DNA of 64,000 nucleotides from an uncultured Bacilli bacterium (GCA_949425575.1 CASPVX010000002.1:10309-74308), one strand, 5' to 3'; positions 18,915 through 28,289 are shown, counted from the stretch's first letter. Notes: a model not told the origin generated them from the sequence alone. Numbers and translations are program-made.

Positions 18915-19928
18915 ATGAAAACAGTAGTAGTTGGAATAAGTGGTGGAGTAGATAGTGCTGTTGCAGCTACACTACTTAAAAAAGAAGGTTATAAGGTTAT
19001 AGGTTTAACTATGATTCTTAATGATGATTTTGATTATAGTGATGCTAAAAAAGTATGTGATGAACTAGAAATAGAATTTCATTTGCTTGATTTAAGAGAG
19101 AAATTTAAAAAAATTATTAAAGATAGATTTTTAGAGGATTATCAAAAAGGAATAACACCTAATCCATGCGTTTTATGTAATAAATATATTAAATTCGGAC
19201 TTATGTATGATGAACTTTTGAAGTATGGTGCAGACTATATTGCTACAGGACATTATGCCTTGATAAAAGATGGAAAATTATATAAAGCAAGTGATAAAAA
19301 TAAAGATCAAAGTTATTTTATTTATAATTTGAAAAAGGAACAATTACCTAAAATTTTATTTCCTCTTTATAACTATACTAAAGCCGATGTTAGAAAAATT
19401 GCATTAGAATATAAATTACCAACTGCTACAAAAAAAGAATCTACTGATGTTTGTTTTATAGGTAAAAATGGTTTTAAAGAGTATCTTAAAGAAAATGCAA
19501 AAGGTGTGCCAGGAAATATAGTAAATATCGAAACTAATGAAATAATTGGTACACATAACGGACTTATGTATTATACTCTAGGTCAGAGAAGAGGGCTAAA
19601 TATCGGAGGTACCAAAGATAGATTATTTGTAGCTAAAAAGGACATAAACAAAAACATTTTATATGTTGCAATAGGAGATGAAAATAACTATTTAACAAGT
19701 ACTTCATGTATATTAGAAGATATTAACCTTTTATCAAAATTACCAGAAAAAGCTACTGCAAAATTTAGATATAGACAAGAAGATAATGAAGTGTTTTTGT
19801 CTAAATTAGAAGATGGAATTTTAGTAAAATATCCTAATGGTGTTAAGTCAGTGACACCAGGGCAAGCATGTGTTTTATATGATGGTGATGAGTGTATAGG
19901 TGGGGGCATTATAAAAACAGTAAATTAG
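18915..19928 (+). CDS. mnmA: tRNA 2-thiouridine(34) synthase MnmA
   Basis: PP-loop GISGGVDSAV, PNPCVLCN, ATGHYA, and GQACVLYDG at the C-terminus. Confidence 0.9.
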   Translation: MKTVVVGISGGVDSAVAATLLKKEGYKVIGLTMILNDDFDYSDAKKVCDELEIEFHLLDLREKFKKIIKDRFLEDYQKGITPNPCVLCNKYIKFGLMYDELLKYGADYIATGHYALIKDGKLYKASDKNKDQSYFIYNLKKEQLPKILFPLYNYTKADVRKIALEYKLPTATKKESTDVCFIGKNGFKEYLKENAKGVPGNIVNIETNEIIGTHNGLMYYTLGQRRGLNIGGTKDRLFVAKKDINKNILYVAIGDENNYLTSTSCILEDINLLSKLPEKATAKFRYRQEDNEVFLSKLEDGILVKYPNGVKSVTPGQACVLYDGDECIGGGIIKTVN

Positions 19929-19937
19929 AATGGAGTT

Positions 19938-20300
19938 GTGAGTATGAATTTATTGATTTGTTTAATTGGGCCTAGCTTATTAGGTATGATGTTTTTTGAA
20001 AAAATAAATAATAAAAAACTTGTGTTAAGAGAATATTTAATGTATTTTGGTTTCTTTATATTTGTTGTAAATGTTATTGGAACTGTTGCTTCTAGAATAT
20101 TATTCAATGTTGAAACTTCTATGGATTTTTTATTAACAAGTTATCCAATGTTGGCTGTAAAATATATTTTCATAAATACAATACTTGCATTTATTGTAGC
20201 TATTATAATGAGTTGTATTTTAAAAAATGTTGAAATTAAATTAGAAGTGAAAGAAAACAAAAATGAAAAAGTTTCTAAAAAAAATATTAAGAAAAAATAA
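19938..20300 (+). CDS. Small polytopic membrane protein; possibly the detached N-terminus of the following LtaS-like gene
   Basis: 3-4 hydrophobic segments. It overlaps the next ORF by 38 nt across an A8 tract. Confidence 0.4.
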   Translation: MSMNLLICLIGPSLLGMMFFEKINNKKLVLREYLMYFGFFIFVVNVIGTVASRILFNVETSMDFLLTSYPMLAVKYIFINTILAFIVAIIMSCILKNVEIKLEVKENKNEKVSKKNIKKK

Positions 20301-21798
20301 TTTGAAATATATTCCGTTAGTTATTTTTTCATTAATACTTTCTGTTTCAATATATATCAATAGAGAGTTTAATTCAGCAACATTTGAACAATTATTATAT
20401 ACATTAAATAGTGCTGAAGGTACTAGTATTTCAGCAATTTATGAAGGCATTATATTTACTATATTATTAACTATAATATGCACTTTGATCTTTAGTTTTA
20501 TATTTTATAAGGCAAAGAAAAAATATGTTTTAAAAACAAAAATAAAAAACAAAAGTTTCAATATTCAAATATATCCTTTTAATATTTTAAACAATCATTT
20601 TGTTATTAGTAATATTATAATTATAGTTATTATGCTTATTGCCACTAATAACAACATTGGTTTTTCAACTTATTTAAATGATCAATTAAATCCTTCTACA
20701 CTTTTTGATGAACATTATGTTGATCCAGGTAAAACCAAATTAACATTTCCAGAAGAAAAAAGGAACCTTATATATATTTTTGTAGAGTCACTTGAAAGTA
20801 CTAATCTAAGTTCAAAAAATGGTGGGACACAAAAGCAATCTTATATTCCAGAGTTAGAGGAAATAGCTTTAGAAAACATTAATTTTTCAAATGATAAAAA
20901 TTTGGGCGGCGCTCTTCCTGTAAATGGAACTGGGTGGACAGTTTCTGCTATGGTCGCACATACTGCAGGAATACCACTTAAAACAACGTTTGGTGCAAAT
21001 GACTATAAAGATAGGGGAAGTGGATTTTTACCAGGAGCTGTATCATTGGGCGATATTTTAAAAGAAAATGGATATCACAATTATTTGTTAATAGGATCAG
21101 ATGCAAAATTTGGAAATAGAAATGAATACTTTGAACAACACGGCGAGTATGAAATACACGATTATGAATATGCTAAAGAAATGGATTTAATACCAGAAGA
21201 TTATTTTGTTTGGTGGGGATATGAAGATAAAAAACTATTTGACTTTGCTAAAACAGAATTAACAGAAATTAGTAAAAATGATGAACCATTTAATTTTACA
21301 ATGCTAACAGCAGACACTCATTTTACAGATGGTTATGTAGATGAATCTTGCGAAGAGCCTTTTAATAATAAATATGCTAATTCATTTAATTGCTCTAGTT
21401 CAATGATTGGAAAATTTATTAGCTGGATTAAAAAACAGGATTTTTATGATAATACAACAATTGTTATAGCTGGAGATCATCTAACAATGCAGACAAACTT
21501 CTATAACAAAATATCTGATAAATTTTATGATAGAACAATTTATAATGCATTTATTAATGCAGACGCAAAAGCTACAAATACTAAAAATAGAACATTTTCA
21601 TCTATGGATCTATTTCCTACAACTTTAGCATCTTTAGGAGTTGAAATTAAAGGCAATAGATTAGGTCTTGGAACTAATTTGTTTTCTAATAAAAAGACAG
21701 TAATAGAGGAAATGGGTTATGATAAGTTTAGTGATGAAGTATCTAGAAAATCAGAATATTACAATAATAATATTTTAAATAAAACTGTAAAAAAGTAG
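20263..21798 (+). CDS. LTA-synthase / phosphoglycerol-transferase family (sulfatase-fold) membrane enzyme
   Basis: Three N-terminal TM segments followed by an extracellular sulfatase-like domain (IFVESLES..GWTVSAMVAHTAG..TADTHF..AGDHL). Confidence 0.75.
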   Translation: MKKFLKKILRKNNLKYIPLVIFSLILSVSIYINREFNSATFEQLLYTLNSAEGTSISAIYEGIIFTILLTIICTLIFSFIFYKAKKKYVLKTKIKNKSFNIQIYPFNILNNHFVISNIIIIVIMLIATNNNIGFSTYLNDQLNPSTLFDEHYVDPGKTKLTFPEEKRNLIYIFVESLESTNLSSKNGGTQKQSYIPELEEIALENINFSNDKNLGGALPVNGTGWTVSAMVAHTAGIPLKTTFGANDYKDRGSGFLPGAVSLGDILKENGYHNYLLIGSDAKFGNRNEYFEQHGEYEIHDYEYAKEMDLIPEDYFVWWGYEDKKLFDFAKTELTEISKNDEPFNFTMLTADTHFTDGYVDESCEEPFNNKYANSFNCSSSMIGKFISWIKKQDFYDNTTIVIAGDHLTMQTNFYNKISDKFYDRTIYNAFINADAKATNTKNRTFSSMDLFPTTLASLGVEIKGNRLGLGTNLFSNKKTVIEEMGYDKFSDEVSRKSEYYNNNILNKTVKK

Positions 21799-21812
21799 TT
21801 TACAGTTTTTTC
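21782..21812 (+). terminator. Rho-independent terminator
   Basis: AAACTGTAAA-aaagtag-TTTACAGTTT followed by a T-run; it overlaps the stop codon. Confidence 0.7.
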
Positions 21813-21884
21813 TTTACTTTACATTTTACTTGACATTTTTTGTAAGTGTGTTAAAATTAAAGAGTAGGAGGGTTGTGTACAATC

Positions 21885-22667
21885 ATGGAAAATTTAAATG
21901 ACATATTAAGAGAACTCGGAATTTCAAAAGTTAAATTAGCAAAATGTTTAGGGGTATCTAGACAAATGATATATAATTATTTAGAATTAGATGATTTAAA
22001 TAAATGGCCAAAGGATAAAAAAGTAATTTTACTTAATATTTTAGGTATTAAATCAGCTGATGAACTTAAAAAAATTAAAGTTGATACAGACTATATTATG
22101 GATGTTGAAACAAGAATCAATAGTTTATTTGAAAATACTAATAAAAGTGAGGTTACTGATTCTAATGCAATATTTAATGGTCTAGGAGAAAAACAAAAAG
22201 AATTATTACATAACATTGTAGATGAATTGAAAGAAAGATTAGATGATGATAAAGATGAAATGTCATATAATTCAATGATGTATTTATATCATTATTTACA
22301 AACTATGAAGAGTTCTAAAGAATTAAATTATATTTTAGCTTACGTGTCTAAAGCTGCAGGATTTACTAAACCAAATGAATTTGTTTATGATGATGAAGAA
22401 CAATTTGTATTTGAAAGTATTCAATTCTCAGCTATGAATTTATATAATAGTGGCGCTACTAGCAAAACTAAGATAGCAGAAACTCACAAACGTTTTGTTA
22501 ATCAAATAGAACAAAAAATGGAAGAAAAAATGAGTCGTACATTAGAACTTAATTCAGCTAAAATACAAGCGTTAAAAGAGTTAGGTTATACTGAAATTAA
22601 TGAAGATAATGTTGCTGAAATATTAGAAAAAATAGCTGAAATTCAATCTAGAAAAGTTGGAGAATAA
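21885..22667 (+). CDS. XRE-type HTH domain protein with a long acidic C-terminal region
   Basis: N-terminal LGISKVKLAKCLGVSRQMIYNY helix-turn-helix; the remainder has no recognisable motif. The ATG at 21885 lies downstream of an AGGAGG RBS. Confidence 0.6.
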   Translation: MENLNDILRELGISKVKLAKCLGVSRQMIYNYLELDDLNKWPKDKKVILLNILGIKSADELKKIKVDTDYIMDVETRINSLFENTNKSEVTDSNAIFNGLGEKQKELLHNIVDELKERLDDDKDEMSYNSMMYLYHYLQTMKSSKELNYILAYVSKAAGFTKPNEFVYDDEEQFVFESIQFSAMNLYNSGATSKTKIAETHKRFVNQIEQKMEEKMSRTLELNSAKIQALKELGYTEINEDNVAEILEKIAEIQSRKVGE

Positions 22668-22695
22668 AAACATTATAATATATATTATGTTAACT
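22668..22695. other. dif: Candidate dif site (XerC/XerD chromosome dimer resolution site)
   Basis: AAACATTATAA-TATATA-TTATGTTAACT. The right arm matches 10/11 to both E. coli (TTATGTTAAAT) and B. subtilis (TTATGTAAACT) dif, and the central hexamer is identical to B. subtilis dif. It lies at the point where gene orientation flips. Confidence 0.65.
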
Positions 22696-22714
22696 TCTTA
22701 ATTATAAAATTAAT

Positions 22715-22742
22715 AACTATCTATAATAATAGGTAGTTTTTT
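22715..22742 (+). terminator. Rho-independent terminator
   Basis: AACTATCTA-taataa-TAGGTAGTT followed by TTTTT. Confidence 0.6.
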
Positions 22743-23048
22743 ATTATATAAGGATGGTCCCTATTTGTTTTAAATGAATACTCCCCTAATAGTAGTTTTA
22801 ATTAGTGATAAATTAAATTTATATTTAATTATGATTTATTTTAAATTATTTTTTAATTTATATATCATTAATTATATACAAGTTTATTATATATAGTTTA
22901 TTATCTATAATATATAGGTGTTCTTATTTTTAATTGAGGTGAATAACTACCCATTAATTAATATCCCGATGGCTTAGAATTAACCCCCTATTCCCCTCTT
23001 TTTAGTTATCTATTAGAATAGGGGAAGTCAATTTGAAAAAAATCTGTT

Positions 23049-23663
23049 TTAATATTGTATTTTGTATTTTTGATTATAAGTAGGATGCCCTAATATTTTT
23101 AATATTTGATTTCCTATTTTTCTAGATGAAAAATAAAAAACAATCCCATCGCTTATAGAAAAAGTATTATCATTATTTTCATCATATTGATGTTTTGACA
23201 AATTTATCATTTCTTTGATATGTATCAATTTATTATATAGTGACTTTTTAATTATATTTTTCTGATAAAGATATTCAATATTTTTCCCTAACATCTTAGT
23301 ATTTTTGATAATACTAAGATTAGAATTTGCTTCTACTAGTAATTTTACCAAAGTTTCTATGTGTAATGCAGTATCAACAATGATATGCCTTCCCCTATCT
23401 CCACGAAAAATATCGTTTCTTCCATATTGTAAACTTCTAAATATACCTCTTTCCTTTCCAAATTTATTAAATGGATTGTTTGTTGGATTTAATGGTGTAG
23501 CATATCCACCTAAACCTAATAATGATTGATCATAAGTCCATACTAATTTGTGTTGTTCAATATTTTTAGGGTATTTTTTACATATAATGATTATTTGTTT
23601 TATAGTTTTTATTTCTTTTTGAGAGAAATTTTCATGTAAAATTTCTTCAAATTCAATTCGCAT
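23049..23663 (-). CDS. Orphan hypothetical protein
   Basis: 204-aa ORF with an AGGAGG RBS and no family motif that I recognise. The C-terminal half has an L...I..L.....I...L...L..IK...N...H periodicity loosely reminiscent of DUF4145/HEPN-like helices. Confidence 0.5.
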   Translation of the reverse strand: MRIEFEEILHENFSQKEIKTIKQIIIICKKYPKNIEQHKLVWTYDQSLLGLGGYATPLNPTNNPFNKFGKERGIFRSLQYGRNDIFRGDRGRHIIVDTALHIETLVKLLVEANSNLSIIKNTKMLGKNIEYLYQKNIIKKSLYNKLIHIKEMINLSKHQYDENNDNTFSISDGIVFYFSSRKIGNQILKILGHPTYNQKYKIQY

Positions 23664-23717
23664 ATATATTTTACCTCCTGTGTTAAACTATTATAACACA
23701 TGATATAAATACTGCAA

Positions 23718-24470
23718 TTACCTCATCAACAAATGACTAATATACATAAAAATTATACCAATTATAAAGAACATCATTGTTCTTTTTTTATTATCGTACT
23801 TAAGAGCTGTAGGAAGTAATTTAAGTGATCCAATATGAATCATAATACCAGCTATTAAAGAAAGTAATATACCCATAATTGTATTATTAATAATAGGCGC
23901 TAAAAACAAATAAGCAAGGATTGCTCCAAATGGTTCAGACATTCCTGAAACGAAAGTGTAAAGTAATGCTTTTTTTCGGCTTTTAGAAGCCTTGTAAACA
24001 GGAACTGAAATACTTATACCTTCTGGGATGTTATGAAGCGCTATTGCTACTGTAAGTGCAATTCCTAACTTTATATTTGTAGCTGAAGATAAAAAGGTGG
24101 CAACACCTTCAGGAATATTATGTAATATAATAGCTATCATAGAAAAAATACCTATTTTTAAAAGCGCTCCTCCCCTTTTTTCATCAAATTCTGGAACGCA
24201 TTTATCAATAATAAAGGAAACTAAAATTCCGATTAAAATAAAGAAAAATGTCATTATAAATGTGCAAGTTTTATCGCCATTATATAACATAGTAATACTT
24301 TCAGGAATAAGGTCAATGGCTGAAACACAAATCATAACTCCAGCTGCAAAACTAAGAGAATTTTTAAGTACTACTCCCCTTTTATCTTTTAAAAAAATAA
24401 ATATTGAACCTATCATAGTAGATAAACCAGCAATAAAAGAAAGAATAAATGCTATTTCTATGTTATTCAT
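23718..24470 (-). CDS. zupT: ZIP-family zinc transporter ZupT
   Basis: Duplicated HNIPEG motifs (LHNIPEGVA, LHNIPEGIS) and about 8 TM segments. Confidence 0.85.
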   Translation of the reverse strand: MNNIEIAFILSFIAGLSTMIGSIFIFLKDKRGVVLKNSLSFAAGVMICVSAIDLIPESITMLYNGDKTCTFIMTFFFILIGILVSFIIDKCVPEFDEKRGGALLKIGIFSMIAIILHNIPEGVATFLSSATNIKLGIALTVAIALHNIPEGISISVPVYKASKSRKKALLYTFVSGMSEPFGAILAYLFLAPIINNTIMGILLSLIAGIMIHIGSLKLLPTALKYDNKKRTMMFFIIGIIFMYISHLLMR

Positions 24471-24519
24471 GATCTCACCTATTTTAATTGTATGTTTTTG
24501 TGTATTAAAAAAGTATGAA

Positions 24520-25356
24520 TTAAATCATACTTATAAGTTCAATAATAAGACCTACAAAAACACCTATTCCATATAATAAACCGATTATTTTTATATTTTC
24601 CTTTATGTTTTTATTTACATCAAATAAAACAAGTAAAGCAACTCCACTACCAGTTAGGAGTCCCGAAATTGTAGGTGCTAATGAAATAACATCATTTAAA
24701 TATAATTCAGTTATTACTACACTTGCTGCACAATTAGGAATAAGACCAATTAAGCTTGCTATAAATGGTGTAAAAAAGTTGTTTTTAGATAATACATTTC
24801 TTAAATAATCCTCTCCTAAATAATGGAAAGCTGCATTTAAAATAAATGTAACTACAAATATAAACACTAATGTATTTAAAGTATGTTTAAATGCCGATAG
24901 AAATATTCCATGTTTACAATCACAGTGCTTTTGTTCACATATATGATAGTTTATTTTTTCAGTTTTTTTCCAAGTGACTAAATCAATTATAATACCAAAA
25001 ATAATTCCAACAATTAGTTTAATTCCTAAAATTTGTAAAATAGTTCCAATATTTTCTCCATGAGCAAGTAATATTGGTAACATTTCATCAGAAGTTGATA
25101 AATAAATAGCTATTAATGTTCCTAAAGTTATTATTCTAGTCGCATATAAATTAGTAGCTAGTACTGAGAAACCACATTGAGGAATTATTCCAAGTATTGA
25201 TCCTATAAATGGGCCTAATTTTCCAGACTTTTCTAACTTTTGTCTGCTTTTTTTATTTAATTTATGTTCTGTAAATTCAATAATTAAAAAAGCTACAAAC
25301 AAAAATGGTACTAATTTTAAGCTATCGATAATTGTATCTAAAATTACATCATACAT
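24520..25356 (-). CDS. 10-TM putative metal exporter (ArsP_2 / putative manganese transporter family)
   Basis: The N-terminal MYDVILDTIIDSLKLVPFLF...E..EHK pattern and a central HxCxxKHCDCKH Cys/His cluster recall this family. Confidence 0.45.
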   Translation of the reverse strand: MYDVILDTIIDSLKLVPFLFVAFLIIEFTEHKLNKKSRQKLEKSGKLGPFIGSILGIIPQCGFSVLATNLYATRIITLGTLIAIYLSTSDEMLPILLAHGENIGTILQILGIKLIVGIIFGIIIDLVTWKKTEKINYHICEQKHCDCKHGIFLSAFKHTLNTLVFIFVVTFILNAAFHYLGEDYLRNVLSKNNFFTPFIASLIGLIPNCAASVVITELYLNDVISLAPTISGLLTGSGVALLVLFDVNKNIKENIKIIGLLYGIGVFVGLIIELISMI

Positions 25357-25369
25357 TTTGAATCACCTT

Positions 25370-26059
25370 TTATCTTCTTAATTTTTTTAATTCTTCTTTA
25401 ATTTCTTTATCTACTCTATATGAATCGCAGATTTTACTTATTGATTTATTAAAGGTAAAATCATTTAAACTATTATTTAATAAAAAATCATAGGTAGTTT
25501 TTTGAAATTTAATAAAACAAATAGAAATAAGCCATGCATTTGCCATTTGAACATAGTATTCTTCGCTTTTCACATTATCGCATATTCTAAGAATTTTAGC
25601 AATATACTCCTCATTTATATAGTAATTTAATAGTAATACTAATCCAAATCTTATAGTCCATGGGTTTGTACTATTTATATATTTTAAAACACTATCGAAA
25701 GGGATTTTTTTAAATACTTTTAAATTAGAACATGTAATATCATTTGTTGCCCAATTATCATTATAAGGTAAAAATTCATCAATTAGTTTAAATAATTCAT
25801 TCTCTGGTATTTTTAAATACCCTAATATTAAACCATGTATAGTTTTTTCTTCATAATAATTATGATTTGTATATTTTATAAAACCCTTATAATTATTTTT
25901 ACTGATTTCTTTAGCTATTTTTTTTAAATCAGGAACTCTTATACCAATTAAATTATCACTTTTTAATAATTTACCATGAAATTCTTTATATTTTAAATCC
26001 TTAGATTCAATAAGATTTTTTAAAAATAATTCATAGTCCTTTTTATTTTCAAAATTCAT
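25370..26059 (-). CDS. DNA alkylation repair (AlkD-like HEAT-repeat) protein
   Basis: About 230 aa. The pattern of helical repeats, including the W..RF.LVLLL..Y block, matches my recollection of the family. Confidence 0.45.
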   Translation of the reverse strand: MNFENKKDYELFLKNLIESKDLKYKEFHGKLLKSDNLIGIRVPDLKKIAKEISKNNYKGFIKYTNHNYYEEKTIHGLILGYLKIPENELFKLIDEFLPYNDNWATNDITCSNLKVFKKIPFDSVLKYINSTNPWTIRFGLVLLLNYYINEEYIAKILRICDNVKSEEYYVQMANAWLISICFIKFQKTTYDFLLNNSLNDFTFNKSISKICDSYRVDKEIKEELKKLRR

Positions 26060-26065
26060 AATTCC

Positions 26066-27001
26066 CTACTTTCCATGAGGATGAAAATCTTCATAATTTT
26101 GTTTTAATTGTTTATTTGATATATGTGTATATATTTGTGTTGAAGATATATCACTATGACCTAAAAGTTCTTGAATACTTCTTAAATCTGCCCCATTTTG
26201 AAGGAGATGACTTGCAAAAGAATGCCTTAACACATGAGGTGAAAGTTCCGTTTTTATGCCTTTTTCTAATGCGATTTTTTTAAGTATTTTGAAAAATCCC
26301 TGTCTTGTCATACCTTTTCCATGATTGTTTAGGAAAAGCAAATCGCAAGGGTCTTTTTTAAGTAATTCACTTCTAATATTTAAATAACTAATAAGTGCGT
26401 TTTTAGCATAATCCCCTATTGGAATAATTCTTTCTTTGCTTCCTTTACCAAATACCCTTACATAGTCCATATCTAAATCAATATCATTTATTTTTAAAGA
26501 AATAAGTTCACTAACCCTAAGACCACTACTATACATAAGCTCTAACATAGCTTTATTTCTTACATCAAAATTAGTTGTAACTAAAATATCAAGTAGTTTA
26601 TCTACTTCTTCTATACTTAGTACTTTTGGAAGTCTTTTATCTTGTTTTGGCATTATTATAACCTCAGAGGGATCGTTTTTGACTTTTTTCTCTAAAAGTA
26701 AATATTTATAAAATGCTTTAATAGAACTAATATGTCTTGAAATTGAAGATGAATTCATTTCATTCATTGATAAGTTTTTTATATATTCTTCAATATCTTT
26801 TTTAGTCTTATTTATAAGTAAATTCTCACTATCGGTTTCTTTATTTTTCATAAAAAATGAATAGTAATCTAATAAATCTTCACTATAAGAAACACATGTA
26901 TTTTTGCTATAGTTTTTTTCAGTCATTAAAAATGATAAAAATTCATCAATCATTCTAGTCGCACCATTATTATATTTTTCCTTTACTCTCTTATCTTCCA
27001 T
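26066..27001 (-). CDS. xerD: Tyrosine recombinase XerD
   Basis: RAMLELMYSSGLRVSEL, HVLRHSFASHLL, and LGHSDISSTQIYTH with an ..FHP C-terminus, collinear with B. subtilis RipX. Confidence 0.85.
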   Translation of the reverse strand: MEDKRVKEKYNNGATRMIDEFLSFLMTEKNYSKNTCVSYSEDLLDYYSFFMKNKETDSENLLINKTKKDIEEYIKNLSMNEMNSSSISRHISSIKAFYKYLLLEKKVKNDPSEVIIMPKQDKRLPKVLSIEEVDKLLDILVTTNFDVRNKAMLELMYSSGLRVSELISLKINDIDLDMDYVRVFGKGSKERIIPIGDYAKNALISYLNIRSELLKKDPCDLLFLNNHGKGMTRQGFFKILKKIALEKGIKTELSPHVLRHSFASHLLQNGADLRSIQELLGHSDISSTQIYTHISNKQLKQNYEDFHPHGK

Positions 27002-27080
27002 GCGTACTCACCACTATTAATTATAACACAAACTATAGTTTTTTTGCCTTAACTCTGATAAAATAGATATGGTGATGTAA

Positions 27081-28289
27081 ATGGAACCACTTGCTTTAAA
27101 ATTAAGACCTAAAACACTAGATGATGTATTAGGTCAGGAACATTTAATTGGAAATGGTAAAGTTATTCGTAATCTAGTTAAAAATAAACATTTATTTTCT
27201 ATGATTTTACATGGTCATTGTGGCATTGGAAAAACAACAATTGCTTATGCCATAGTAAATGAATTAGGTTCAGATTATGTATTTTTAAATGCAGCTTTAA
27301 ATAACAAAAGGGATTTTGATGAAGCGATTTATGAGGCTAACTTAAAAGGAAGTTTAATAATTATTATGGATGAATTTCATCGTTTAAACAAAGATAAACA
27401 AGATCTTCTTTTGCCACATTTAGAAAGTGGATTAATTACTTTAATTGGACTTACTACTGCTAATCCATATCATTCTGTTAATCCAGCTATTAGAAGTAGA
27501 TGTCAAATATTTGAATTAAAACCGCTTACTGATGAAAATATTAAAAAAGGATTAAAAAAAGCGACTAAAGAATTAGAAAAAATAAAAATTGATGATGAAT
27601 GTTTAGATTTTATAATAAGGCTTGCTGCTGGAGATTTAAGATATGCTTATAATTTATTAGAAGTAGCTTATTATTCCAGTAAAAACTTTAAAATTACTTT
27701 AGATTCTATAAAAGAAATAAGTAATAAACCAAACTTAGTTTATGATAAAAATGATGATGGATACTATGATTGTATAAGCGCTCTTCAAAAGTCAATTAGA
27801 GGGAGTGATGTAAATGCTTCACTACATTATTTAGCAAGATTAATTGAAGCTGGAGATTTAGATATTATTTATAGAAGACTTTCTGTGATAGCTTACGAGG
27901 ATATTGGGCTTGCTAATCCATCTATTGGTCCTAAAATAGATGCATGTATTAACGCTTGCGAAAGATTAGGTCTTCCAGAAGCCAGGATTCCACTTTCTGT
28001 AGTTGTTGTTGAAATGGCTTTATCTCCTAAATCTAATAGTGCACACATTGCTTTAGATAGTGCTATTAGTGATATTCATAAAGGCAAGGTTGGAAAAGTC
28101 CCAAATCATTTAAAAACAAGCTCGAAAGACTATTTGTATCCGCATAATTTTAAAGGTAGCTATGTTAAACAGCAATATCTTCCAGATGAGCTTGTTAATG
28201 TAAAATACTATATTCCAAGAGAAACAAGTAAATTCGAACAAAGCTTAAAAAGCGTATATGATAAGATAAATGAAAAAAATAGAGAGTGA
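27081..28289 (+). CDS. rarA: Replication-associated recombination protein A (RarA/MgsA AAA+ ATPase)
   Basis: PL..KLRPKTLDDVLGQEHL, a Walker A-like GHCGIGKTT, MDEFHR, and the C-terminal MgsA block ISALQKSIRGSD..A..YLARL. Confidence 0.85.
   Translation: MEPLALKLRPKTLDDVLGQEHLIGNGKVIRNLVKNKHLFSMILHGHCGIGKTTIAYAIVNELGSDYVFLNAALNNKRDFDEAIYEANLKGSLIIIMDEFHRLNKDKQDLLLPHLESGLITLIGLTTANPYHSVNPAIRSRCQIFELKPLTDENIKKGLKKATKELEKIKIDDECLDFIIRLAAGDLRYAYNLLEVAYYSSKNFKITLDSIKEISNKPNLVYDKNDDGYYDCISALQKSIRGSDVNASLHYLARLIEAGDLDIIYRRLSVIAYEDIGLANPSIGPKIDACINACERLGLPEARIPLSVVVVEMALSPKSNSAHIALDSAISDIHKGKVGKVPNHLKTSSKDYLYPHNFKGSYVKQQYLPDELVNVKYYIPRETSKFEQSLKSVYDKINEKNRE

Noticed and set aside
22900-22927. A second Xer site (ATTATCTATAATATATAGGTGTTCTTAT).
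   Set aside because: Only the inner left arm and spacer match the dif candidate, and the presumptive XerD arm is poor. In DNA below 20% GC, a TATAATATATA match can arise by chance. It is mentioned as context but not called as a feature.
22985-23024. The 9-bp GC-rich inverted repeat CCCCTATTC/GAATAGGGG, considered as a terminator for the orphan gene.
   Set aside because: It has a 22-nt loop and no U-tract on either strand, so it is not a convincing intrinsic terminator. Its function is unknown, and it is noted under the dif-adjacent finding.
24097-24576. A 159-aa + strand ORF overlapping zupT, and similar shadow ORFs at 1079-1282, 1521-1709, 2465-2704, 6584-6985, 7298-7809, 11609-11992, 13609-13911, 42295-42525, 42919-43167, 48419-48718, 49220-49474, 52136-52669, 55476-55799 and 57238-57663.
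   Set aside because: All lie antisense to, or out of frame within, well-supported genes. They have Ile/Phe/Leu/Ser-rich low-complexity translations typical of AT-rich shadow frames, and they lack RBSs.
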